A DNA stretch of 64,000 nucleotides, from the NCBI GenBank assembly GCA_038060895.1, contig JBBTCT010000006.1, positions 39,403 through 103,402 on the forward strand, in the 5' to 3' direction. The notes under the pieces were generated by a model. That model saw only the letters and a program-made list of their open reading frames with translations. It did no database searches and was not told where the DNA came from. Position numbers and translations under genes: made by a program. Shown here in pieces: positions 8,812-16,307 of this stretch; position 1 is the first letter of the stretch, and each line of letters starts with the position of its first letter. The DNA is from Planctomycetota bacterium. GTDB lineage: Bacteria > Planctomycetota > MHYJ01 > WSZJ01.

Positions 8812-9387
8812 TCACGTTTGACACACCTCGCTTGCGGCCGTGAGCGACTTCCTCACGCGCCACTCTTCCGCCAGGATGGCCATGCGGCGGACATCGACGT
8901 AACGACCCCGGATCCAGCGGCCCTGCCTTGCGACTCCTTCGGTCCTGTATCCCGCGCGTTCGTAGACGCGGATGGCCCTTGGGTTGGTCTCGTAGACTTC
9001 AAGTTCCACGCGGTTCAGGTTCAGGCGATCGAACGCAATCTCCAACGTCAACTCCGTGGCTTCGCGGCCGAGCCCCTGGTTCCAGAATTCCTTCTCACCG
9101 ATCTGGATCCCGAAGACGGCCTTTCGGTTCTGGCCGGCCATGCCGTGGAGACCGACCGTGCCGATGGGGCGCCGCTCCGCGCGGTGCACCATGACAAGGA
9201 TCTGGTTCCCGGCATCTCCGGCCCGGCCCTCGATCCACTTTTTCTCTTCCTCGAGCGTGATGGGGACATCACGGCCGAGGTACTGCGAGACGTCGGGATC
9301 GTTGAACCAGCGGACGAAGATCTCGGCGTCCGCCATCGAGATCGGGCGAAGGTCAAGACGGTTTCCTCTGTGGTAGACGGGGTCCAC
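8812..9387 (-). CDS. GNAT N-acetyltransferase, RimJ/RimL/SpeG-like
   Basis: Strong SD AGGAGGTGA + GTG. Motifs LRP, WFNDP, IGEKEFWNQGLGREA, LNLNRVELEVYETNPRAIRVYERAGYRTEG. Confidence 0.92.
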   Translation of the reverse strand: MDPVYHRGNRLDLRPISMADAEIFVRWFNDPDVSQYLGRDVPITLEEEKKWIEGRAGDAGNQILVMVHRAERRPIGTVGLHGMAGQNRKAVFGIQIGEKEFWNQGLGREATELTLEIAFDRLNLNRVELEVYETNPRAIRVYERAGYRTEGVARQGRWIRGRYVDVRRMAILAEEWRVRKSLTAASEVCQT

Positions 9388-9437
9388 GCATCACCTCCTC
9401 TCTGGGTCGGACGGGTTGACGGCATAACAAGGGACCA

Positions 9438-9489
9438 CCCTTCGACTCCCCGCCTTCGCCGCTTCGCGGCTTCGGCGGGTCGCTCAGGG
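9438..9489. repeat. REP-like family 1, copy 2, with a family 2 hairpin (9449..9479) nested in its loop
   Basis: cccttcgactc + cccgccttcgcc-gcttcgc-ggcttcggcggg + tcgctcaggg. Confidence 0.7.
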
Positions 9490-9568
9490 TTTGTTTTGGG
9501 CCCGCGAAGCGGGCCCAAAACAAAACCGGCGATCCGTTGCGCCCGAGGGCGGTGGATCGCCGGTTTTG
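9490..9568 (-). terminator. Two overlapping hairpins; the distal one is an intrinsic terminator/attenuator on the minus strand
   Basis: A 16-bp perfect stem tttgttttgggcccgc-gaa-gcgggcccaaaacaaa (9490..9524) and a 15-bp stem caaaaccggcgatcc/ggatcgccggttttg (9521..9568), which on the minus strand ends in ttttgtttt. Confidence 0.7.
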
Positions 9569-9583
9569 GTGATTTCGGCTGAC

Positions 9584-9712
9584 CTAACCGCTTCGGACCC
9601 CCCACAGCACGACGCACGCGCCTTCGAAATGCCGGAAATTTGCCGGCTGCCCGGTTTCGTAACCGGGGGAGGCGGCCTTCGTCGTGCGGATGGAGTCTCG
9701 AAGCGATTTCAT
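9584..9712 (-). CDS. Putative 42-aa leader peptide (MKSLRDSIRT...GACVVLWGVRSG)
   Basis: ATG at 9712 and TAG at 9584..9586, ending 15 nt before the terminator hairpin upstream of the GNAT. Confidence 0.35.
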   Translation of the reverse strand: MKSLRDSIRTTKAASPGYETGQPANFRHFEGACVVLWGVRSG

Positions 9713-9854
9713 GGTTCTGTGTTGATAGCGCCTGGACGAAGAAGGTTCGTGGAAAAAGGGAGGAACTGGCGGGAATCACGGGTGAGGTTCGAGGCCGCGG
9801 CGCAACGCGTTGTGGCATCGTGAATTGCGACGACCATGGGCGTGTCTGCTTTGC

Positions 9855-9889
9855 CTACCCCCTACCTCCTACCCACTACCCCCTGCCCG
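9855..9889 (+). repeat. Heptamer tandem repeat (CTACCCC)x5, degenerate
   Basis: ctacccc ctacctc ctaccca ctacccc ctgcccg. Confidence 0.75.
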
Positions 9890-10020
9890 CGGAATGCGGG
9901 TCAACCCGCCCAGGAAATCTCCGCCATTCCTCCCGGGACCCCCACGCCCCTTCCCTAAATCACGGTTCTCCAAAAGCTTGCGTTAAAGCAGAGAATCGAG
10001 AAGAATTATTGAAGAGGTTC

Positions 10021-10064
10021 TTGACTCGTGCGGAATTCATTGTATATTACTTCCAACTGAGTTG
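10021..10064 (+). promoter_or_regulatory. Sigma70-type promoter with downstream palindrome
   Basis: TTGACT-N16-TATATT in an AT-rich patch. Palindrome CAACT-G-AGTTG at 10054..10064 near the expected start site. Confidence 0.6.
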
Positions 10065-10081
10065 ATTTAACGGAGACCAAG

Positions 10082-10651
10082 ATGATTCACGATGTAGGCG
10101 CGATCGCAAAGAAGTGCGGCCTGGGGAACATCCTTTCGGGCCGCCGGACGTCGCCCGGGGTCCGGGAAAAGCTCGAAGGCGAGTTCGCCGAGATCCGCAA
10201 GAGCGGGGTCGAGGTCCTCGATTTCTCCAAGATCGACATCGTCGACTTCTCCGCCGCCGACGAGATCGTCGCCAAGCTCGCCGGCCGCATGGAGCAGGGC
10301 GAGTACGGGGAAGGCACCATCCTCCTTTCCGGCTGCAACGACGCGGTCCGCGAGGGCCTCGAGGTCGCGCTCAAGCAGAAAGACCTCTGCCTCATGCACG
10401 TGGACGGGAAGAAAAAGTGGTCGCTCGTGGGCGAGCTGAACCCCTACCTGCGCGAAACCCTCGACCTGTGCATGCGCGACGGCACGCTCCTGGCCCGCGA
10501 CCTCGCCGCCGAGCTCAAGCTGAAACTCAACACCGCGAGCACGCGGCTCATCAATCTTTTCGCCAAGCACCTGGTATTGAGAAAGGAGGACCAGGAGAAC
10601 AAGATCGGGCGGGAGTACACCTACTGCTCTCCGCTGTCGGCCCTGCCGTAG
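10082..10651 (+). CDS. STAS-like (DUF4325-type) domain + C-terminal winged HTH regulator
   Basis: VLDFSKIDIVDFSAADEIVAKL resembles the anti-anti-sigma STAS phospho-Ser region. LLARDLAAELKLKLNTASTRLINL...GREYTY resembles a wHTH. Confidence 0.75.
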   Translation: MIHDVGAIAKKCGLGNILSGRRTSPGVREKLEGEFAEIRKSGVEVLDFSKIDIVDFSAADEIVAKLAGRMEQGEYGEGTILLSGCNDAVREGLEVALKQKDLCLMHVDGKKKWSLVGELNPYLRETLDLCMRDGTLLARDLAAELKLKLNTASTRLINLFAKHLVLRKEDQENKIGREYTYCSPLSALP

Positions 10652-10667
10652 CAGGGGCCTTTTTTTT
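10639..10667 (+). terminator. Intrinsic terminator overlapping the stop codon
   Basis: ggccctgc-cgta-gcaggggcc followed by T8. Confidence 0.75.
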
Positions 10668-10731
10668 CGGCCCTATCGTTCAAGTAACTTACACGAGATT
10701 TCAGAGTTAACAGACAAAAAGGAGAAGAAAC

Positions 10732-11154
10732 ATGCACTTCAACAAGATCATTATGATCGCCACCGTCACCCGCGACCCCGAGATCCGTTTCGCCGGCCCC
10801 TCCCAGGTCCCCGTCACCGACATCCGCGTGGCCTGCAACCGCACCTGGAAGTCGGAGAAGGGCGAGAAACGCGAGGAGGTGCTTTTCATCGACGTCGTCG
10901 CCTGGGCGCGGCAGGCCGAGACTGCCGTCCAGTACCTGAGGAAGGGCCGCCACATCTCCGTCGAGGGTCACCTCAAGATGGACGAGTGGACGGACAAGGA
11001 CGGGAAGAAGGTCCAGCGGATCAAGGTCATTTCCGAACGGCTCACGTTCCTGCCGCAGGGAAATGGCGGGCACAACGGTGCCCCGACCCCGGGCGAAGGC
11101 CATGAGGGTGGCGAGGCTTCCCACGCAGAAGAGGAGGCGCGCATCCCGGCCTAG
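10732..11154 (+). CDS. ssb: Single-stranded DNA-binding protein
   Basis: FNKIIMIATVTRDPE, FIDVVAWARQAE, YLRKGRHISVEGHL, WTDKDG. The tail ends EEEARIPA rather than the canonical DDIPF. Confidence 0.93.
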   Translation: MHFNKIIMIATVTRDPEIRFAGPSQVPVTDIRVACNRTWKSEKGEKREEVLFIDVVAWARQAETAVQYLRKGRHISVEGHLKMDEWTDKDGKKVQRIKVISERLTFLPQGNGGHNGAPTPGEGHEGGEASHAEEEARIPA

Positions 11155-11445
11155 AGACGCCAGGGGAGCTCCGGAGGACGGTTCCACCTCCCGGGCGCCC
11201 CGACAGCTCTTCGACAAAACACCTCCGGGCAACGGTCGGCCCGGGCTTGCCCCCCGAGGGCGACCGCGTTCACGGCGCCGTGCGGGAAACCGCCTGATGC
11301 GTCGCAGTTCAAGAGACGTCGACAGTCCTCCGCCCGGAGGCATGACTCTCCGGCCCCGGGGAGCTCCGGTTCGCCGTGCGGGACGGCGGGCCGCCTCTCC
11401 GGGGCTCTTTCAACACCCGACACCCCGCAACTTGAAAGGAAAGCC

Positions 11446-11931
11446 ATGAGCCCCCACCCGACCGCGGTGTTACGTCCCGGCCTCTGGTCCGCCCCCGATT
11501 GCGACCTCCGCGTCCTTGCCAACGTTCCCCGCCCGCTCGCGTTCGCCGTCGTCGCCGCGTCGGTCGCACGGCAGCGCGAGGAACTCTCCGCCAACGTCCT
11601 CGCGGCCGGCGGCGCAGAGGACGACGCCGAAGCCGTGCTCGCTTCCATCCCCGACCTCACGCCGCTCGCGGTGCGGCTCCGCAACCCGAGCCCCGACCGC
11701 GTTCCTCACGGCCGCGTTCTCACCCGCCTGACGTGGTCGCTCCGCCGAGCCCGCATCTTCCTCGAGTCCTTCGCCCCTCCGACCCAGGCCGACGACCCCG
11801 TCCTCGAGGACCGCGCGTTCGACCTCCTCGTCAAGATCGTGTTCCTCCTCGACATCGTGGACGCCTGGCGCGATCCCGGAGCCGCCGCCATCGTCGTCGA
11901 AGCGGCCGAAGCCTCCAGAAAGACCGGGTAA
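11446..11931 (+). CDS. Hypothetical protein (161 aa)
   Basis: SD aaagga + ATG, GC3-rich codon usage, 4 nt from the next gene. Confidence 0.6.
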   Translation: MSPHPTAVLRPGLWSAPDCDLRVLANVPRPLAFAVVAASVARQREELSANVLAAGGAEDDAEAVLASIPDLTPLAVRLRNPSPDRVPHGRVLTRLTWSLRRARIFLESFAPPTQADDPVLEDRAFDLLVKIVFLLDIVDAWRDPGAAAIVVEAAEASRKTG

Positions 11932-11935
11932 CGCG

Positions 11936-12607
11936 ATGCTCACCATCGAGATCGACTGCCGGGAAGAGCCCTCCGGGATCCCGAGGTTGCTCGCGGAGCG
12001 CTTCCACGTCCCGGTCCGTGTGCGCACTCTTCCCGTGGGCGACTACATCCTGGGCGACATGGGAGTCGAGCGCAAGACCTCGCTCGACCTGGTGCGCTCG
12101 ATCGCCGACGGGCGCGCGTTCGACCAGGCACGAAGGCTCTCCGCGGCATTTCCCCGCGCAGCCCTCATCGTCGAGGGGCTCTTTCCGCCGCCGGCCTGCG
12201 ACGGGCGCGAAGAGTGGTACTTCGGCGGGCTCGCCCAGCTTTCGTGGTCGTTCGGGCTCAGGATCTTTCCGACCCGCTTTCCCCTCGACACCGCCATCCT
12301 GCTCCAGCGATTTGCGGAAGCAGAGCTGGATCGCGTGGGCGCTTCCACCGTGCGTGTCGACGACAAGCGATGGTGCAAGCCTCGCCACGCAACGGACCGG
12401 CGGCTCTTCCTCCTCCAGGGATTCTTCGGCGTAGGCCCCGAGCGGGCACGAAATCTCCTGCGCGCTTTCGGAAGCCTTCGGAGCGTCTTCTGCGCGCCGA
12501 TGGAAGCGTGGCGTGAGGTACCGGGCGTGGGGCCAAAGCTGGCAAGGCAGATGCACGATCTTCTGAACGACGAGCGGGGAGAGGAAGAGGCGCGGGATGC
12601 GGGGTGA
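11936..12607 (+). CDS. ERCC4/XPF-family structure-specific nuclease with C-terminal HhH domain
   Basis: IDCRE, LPVGDYIL, VERKT..DLVRSI.DGR..DQ, LIVEG. HhH motifs GVGPERA and VPGVGPKLA. Confidence 0.9.
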   Translation: MLTIEIDCREEPSGIPRLLAERFHVPVRVRTLPVGDYILGDMGVERKTSLDLVRSIADGRAFDQARRLSAAFPRAALIVEGLFPPPACDGREEWYFGGLAQLSWSFGLRIFPTRFPLDTAILLQRFAEAELDRVGASTVRVDDKRWCKPRHATDRRLFLLQGFFGVGPERARNLLRAFGSLRSVFCAPMEAWREVPGVGPKLARQMHDLLNDERGEEEARDAG

Positions 12608-12695
12608 GGTTTTGGGTTTCGAGTTCCGGAAGTTGAGTTCCGGGATCCGGGTTCCGAGTTCCGTGTGGGGTTCGGAGTTGCGGGTCAGGAGTTTT
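12604..12695 (+). repeat. Heptamer-built repeat, copy A (direct)
   Basis: Core GAGTTCCGGAAGTTGAGTTC at 12621..12640, then GGGTTCC-like units and CCGTGTGGGGTT.GGAGTTGCGGGT. Confidence 0.85.
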
Positions 12696-12716
12696 CTTCA
12701 AAGAGAGGGGTGGAAC

Positions 12717-13079
12717 ATGGGAGCGGTCGTTGGCGTGGCGGGTTTGCGGTGGGCCACGGCGGAGCTGACGGATGCGGCAGGCGAGGTTTGCGCGGTTGCG
12801 GCCTCGGAGCTGGGTGACTGGGAGATTGAGAAGCTGCTGGCGCAGTCGATTCGGGTGGCGTCGTGTGTGGCGCTCGGAATCGATGCTTCGGGACCGGGGG
12901 AGGCAGAGGAGAGGCTTTCCGAGGCACGCTCTGCCGCGGCTGCGCTGGCCGCGCGGGTGCACATTGCTGTGAACCGCGGGACGATCGAGGAAGCCACCGG
13001 CTTGCAGGTGAGGACGAAGATCCGGGCGGTGGTGGACCAGATTGACATGGTCAGGTATCGGCGGCGGCGGGCTGCGTAG
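12717..13079 (+). CDS. Degenerate four helix bundle protein (23S rRNA IVS protein-like)
   Basis: KLLAQSIRVASCVALG...ERLSEARSAAAALAARVHIAVNRGTI aligns by eye with QILDSSASSPANVAEG...NALGYAKGSAGETSAHLYTAFNRGYI of the next gene. Confidence 0.6.
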   Translation: MGAVVGVAGLRWATAELTDAAGEVCAVAASELGDWEIEKLLAQSIRVASCVALGIDASGPGEAEERLSEARSAAAALAARVHIAVNRGTIEEATGLQVRTKIRAVVDQIDMVRYRRRRAA

Positions 13080-13199
13080 TTGGGGGTTTTGAGTTCCGGA
13101 AGTTGAGTTCCGGGCTCCGGGTTCGGCCCGCCTTCGCCCTGCGGGCTTCGGCGGGTTTGGTTCCGGGTGGGGTTGGGAGTTCAGGGTCACGAGTTGCGG
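13080..13199 (+). repeat. Heptamer-built repeat, copy B (direct), interrupted by a family 2 hairpin at 13127..13155
   Basis: Identical 20-nt core at 13091..13110; insert cccgccttcgcc-ctgcg-ggcttcggcggg. Confidence 0.85.
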
Positions 13200-13231
13200 T
13201 GAAACGGTCGGGCAACCAGGAGGAGGACTCA

Positions 13232-13777
13232 GTGGGCACTATTCGGCGGTATCAGGACCTGGTGGTCTGGCAGCGGGCGCGGGAGCTCGCGAAGTTCGTC
13301 AATCAACTCACGCTCCTGGAGACATGGCGCGGCGGCGCAAAGCTCAAAGACCAGATCCTCGACAGTTCCGCCTCTTCGCCTGCCAACGTCGCCGAAGGCT
13401 TCGAGCGGAACGGCAACGCCGAGTTCATCAACGCTCTCGGCTACGCCAAAGGGTCCGCGGGCGAAACGTCCGCCCATTTGTACACAGCCTTCAACCGCGG
13501 ATACATCGGCTCCGAGGATCTCGACCAGGGTGTCGCCCTCGCCGCCGAGGTCTGCAACCTCGCGGGAGGGCTCATGGTCTACCTCGAGCGCTCTGGCCTG
13601 CGGGGCCCGAAATTCCGCCACCGCGAAGGCTCTCCCCGCACACGTCCCCCTCGACCCCCCGACAACCCCCACCCAAAACCCGCAACTCCCAACCCCACAC
13701 GGAACCCGGAACCCGGAACTCTGAACTCAACTTCCGGAACTCCCAACGCCAAACCCCCAGACAACCGTCAACTCTGA
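13232..13777 (+). CDS. Four helix bundle protein (23S rRNA IVS protein / TIGR02436-like, Avd-like fold)
   Basis: SD AGGAGGA + GTG. Motifs YQDLVVWQRARELA, LKDQI..S..S.PANVAEGFER, EFINALGYAKGSAGE. The C-terminal tail reads into the inverted repeat. Confidence 0.9.
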   Translation: MGTIRRYQDLVVWQRARELAKFVNQLTLLETWRGGAKLKDQILDSSASSPANVAEGFERNGNAEFINALGYAKGSAGETSAHLYTAFNRGYIGSEDLDQGVALAAEVCNLAGGLMVYLERSGLRGPKFRHREGSPRTRPPRPPDNPHPKPATPNPTRNPEPGTLNSTSGTPNAKPPDNRQL

Positions 13778-13782
13778 ACTCC
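13661..13782 (-). repeat. Heptamer-built repeat, copy C (inverted)
   Basis: Reverse complement of the 20-nt core at 13723..13742 (gaactcaacttccggaactc), plus acccgcaactcccaaccccacacggaacccggaacccggaac. Confidence 0.85.
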
Positions 13783-15753
13783 TCACGCACGACCCATGAT
13801 CCTGGCAAGCGCCGCCACCAGCGGATGCTTCTCGTGATGGGATTCGAGGCGGCCGCCCCATCGCTGTGCTTCCGTCGGGTTGCCTTCACGCCACCACGAG
13901 AGCGCGATCTGGAACAGCGCTTCGGGCATGCGGGGCGACTTTTCAAGCGCCTCGTGGAAGCGCTTTCGAGCGCCCTCTTCGTCTCTTCGTGCCGCGGCGA
14001 TGCAGCCCATGCCGACAAGGGCTGCACCGGCGTCATCGGCCTGGTTCGCCGCTTCCGCGAACAGCGCCTCTGCTTCGGCGAGCCGTCCTGCCCGGAACTC
14101 CAGCCATGCGAACGGAAGCCGCGGTGACTGGAGAGCAGGGTCCAGTCGCGAGGCCTCGGACCATGCTTCGCGTGCCGCGTCGAACTGGCCTGTGGAGAAC
14201 AGGGCTTGTCCCCGCGCGAATTGGACTCGCGCGGAAGGACGGAGCGAGAGGAGGCGCTCGAGCCAGGCGAGGGCGTCGGGGGCGGCGTCGCGGCGGAGGA
14301 GGTCGACGACGCGGGCGAGGAATTCGGATTCGGCGAGCGGAAAGGCGGCGGGACGGAGGGCGGTGAGGAGGTGTTCGAGGGCGAGGTCATCGACGACGGA
14401 AGTGGCGCCGTAGCCGAAGTGAAGGAGGGATCTTGAATCGGGGAGGGCGGCGGCGAGCTCGATGCCGGCAAAGGCGGCGGCGGCGCGCAGGGCAGGGGCG
14501 GGGTCCTTCGGGTCGAGTGGAAAGTCCTGGGACTGTTCGTCGGCGGACCCGGCGGTCCAGAGGCGGATGCGGAGGGCGGCGAGGTCGGGGGCGAGTTCGC
14601 CCGCGATCCAGCGTTCCGCCTTGAGGGATTTCGTCAGCTCCGCCAGGAGGGGCGCCTGCCGGTCGAAGTAGTCAAAAAAAACATCGGCACGTCGCGGCTC
14701 GCCCTTCCGGAACGGCGCCACGTGGCGGACCGCCGCGACGCCGGCGGTGCCCGTTGCGAGAAGGGCCGGGATGGCGTGCGCGAGGGCGCGCGACAGGTCG
14801 TCCGACGCGCCAGGACGGTACGTGAGCACGCCGATGCGGTGGGGCGCTTCCCCGAACGGGTCCACGTGACCGACCTCGCCGCGCGGCTCGGCGGCGGCTT
14901 CGAGGGCCGAAGCGGCGTCCTGCGCCGTCACGACGCGGCCCGGGTCGGCAAGCAGCGCTCTCCGGTAGGCCGCGACGGCGCCCGCGGCGTCGCCCTTCAT
15001 GGAGCGAATGGTCCCCAGGTTGTGCCAGAAGTCGGCGTTCGCGGGGTCGGCCTCCGTCCCGGCGGCGGCGACACGCTCCGCTTCCTCCAGCTCACCGCGT
15101 TTCGCGAGCCCTGCGACCAGGTGGTGGCGCGCTGTCGGGAGAAGGGGCGCGAGCTCGACGAGTTTGCGCCACTCCGCGAAGGATTCTTCGTCGCGGCCCG
15201 CGTTTTCAAGGGCGACGGCGAGCTCAGTGTGCGCATCGAGATGGCACTCCTCGGACTCCGTACACGAGCGGTAGGCCGCGATCGCGGCGTCCCATTTACC
15301 GAGCGCAGCCTCGAGGCGGGCGAGTTCGCGCTGGTAGACGCCGGCATCGGGGTTGAGGCCCGCGGCCGCCCGCATCTCGGCCGCCGCGCCCTCGGCGTCG
15401 CCGGATTTCGAGAGCTCGAGGGCGAGATTGAAGCGCGCCCCGGACAGTTGCGGCGCGAGTTCGACCGCCCGCCGGAAGGCTTTCACGGCTTCCGCCCCCC
15501 GCCCCGCCTGCGACAGCGCCGTGCCCAGGTTCAGGTTCGCGGCCGCGTCCTTCGGCGCCAGCCGTGCCGCCTTCTCCAGCAGCCGGAGCGCCTTGTCCTT
15601 CATCCCCATCTGCGCGAACGCGAGGCCCAGCGCATGGGCGATCTCGGCGTTCATGGGCCACTCTTTCTGGAGCGGCTCGAGGATCTTCGCCGCCTCGGGG
15701 AACTTGCCGGAGGCCAGCGCTTCGCGTGCGGACTTGAGGGCCGTGTCGTCCAT
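13783..15753 (-). CDS. Tetratricopeptide repeat protein (656 aa)
   Basis: Canonical TPR units (AHALGLAFAQMG, ANLNLGTALSQAG, ARFNLALEL, FWHNLGTI) at both the N and C termini. Confidence 0.88.
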   Translation of the reverse strand: MDDTALKSAREALASGKFPEAAKILEPLQKEWPMNAEIAHALGLAFAQMGMKDKALRLLEKAARLAPKDAAANLNLGTALSQAGRGAEAVKAFRRAVELAPQLSGARFNLALELSKSGDAEGAAAEMRAAAGLNPDAGVYQRELARLEAALGKWDAAIAAYRSCTESEECHLDAHTELAVALENAGRDEESFAEWRKLVELAPLLPTARHHLVAGLAKRGELEEAERVAAAGTEADPANADFWHNLGTIRSMKGDAAGAVAAYRRALLADPGRVVTAQDAASALEAAAEPRGEVGHVDPFGEAPHRIGVLTYRPGASDDLSRALAHAIPALLATGTAGVAAVRHVAPFRKGEPRRADVFFDYFDRQAPLLAELTKSLKAERWIAGELAPDLAALRIRLWTAGSADEQSQDFPLDPKDPAPALRAAAAFAGIELAAALPDSRSLLHFGYGATSVVDDLALEHLLTALRPAAFPLAESEFLARVVDLLRRDAAPDALAWLERLLSLRPSARVQFARGQALFSTGQFDAAREAWSEASRLDPALQSPRLPFAWLEFRAGRLAEAEALFAEAANQADDAGAALVGMGCIAAARRDEEGARKRFHEALEKSPRMPEALFQIALSWWREGNPTEAQRWGGRLESHHEKHPLVAALARIMGRA

Positions 15754-15827
15754 GCGGGATCGGAACTATATCGCGGGCGGCGGGAGTTGCGGGTTCGCAA
15801 GTCCGCCGGGCGCGATATAGTCCGGGC

Positions 15828-16307
15828 ATGCGCCCCGGGTGCCGGGCCCTCCTTCTCCTCGTGGCCGCCCTCGCGGGGTGCGGCAAGGATCCGTTCGCGG
15901 GGCGGAAGAAGAAGGACGGGGACAAGCGGGACCCGATCGAGTCGAAGGAGCTGGCGACGAACGCGGAGAAATTCGACCGCGGACAGGTCGAGGCTTACGA
16001 GCGGCTGGTGACGGCCCGGTCGAAGCGTGACCCGGCGGCCTGGAAGGCGGCGTTCGCCGGGGCGCCGGGGGAAGACGCGGGGGTGCTCTTCGAAGAGTCC
16101 ACCGACAAGCACGTGACGAAGATCCTGCACCAGTTCCAGAAGTCCGAGCCGTCGGGGGAACGGGCCGTGCTGACGGTGAAGGAAATCCTGGAGCAGCGCG
16201 ACGCGAAAGGCGCCGTGCTCACTACGGAGGTGACCGTGACAGCGACGCTTGTGAAAGCCGGCGGGGAGTGGAAAGTCGAGGCGCTGAAAGCGGGGGACTG
16301 GAAATGA
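15828..16307 (+). CDS. Putative lipoprotein (NTF2-like fold possible)
   Basis: Lipobox LAGC, C-terminal LVKAGGEWKV, ATGA overlap with the next gene. Confidence 0.75.
   Translation: MRPGCRALLLLVAALAGCGKDPFAGRKKKDGDKRDPIESKELATNAEKFDRGQVEAYERLVTARSKRDPAAWKAAFAGAPGEDAGVLFEESTDKHVTKILHQFQKSEPSGERAVLTVKEILEQRDAKGAVLTTEVTVTATLVKAGGEWKVEALKAGDWK

Noticed and set aside
12597-12716. N-terminal extensions of ORFs 12597.., 13103.., 35542.. and 1628..
   Set aside because: They are translations of repeat DNA, and more plausible starts lie downstream.
12604-13782. CRISPR array or DGR interpretation of the repeats and Avd-like genes
   Set aside because: There is no regular repeat-spacer periodicity and no cas genes. 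No reverse transcriptase or TR/VR pair differing at adenines is visible in the window.
10732-13782. Prophage or integrative element around ssb/ERCC4
   Set aside because: No integrase, terminase, structural or replication genes, and no att-like direct repeats identified.
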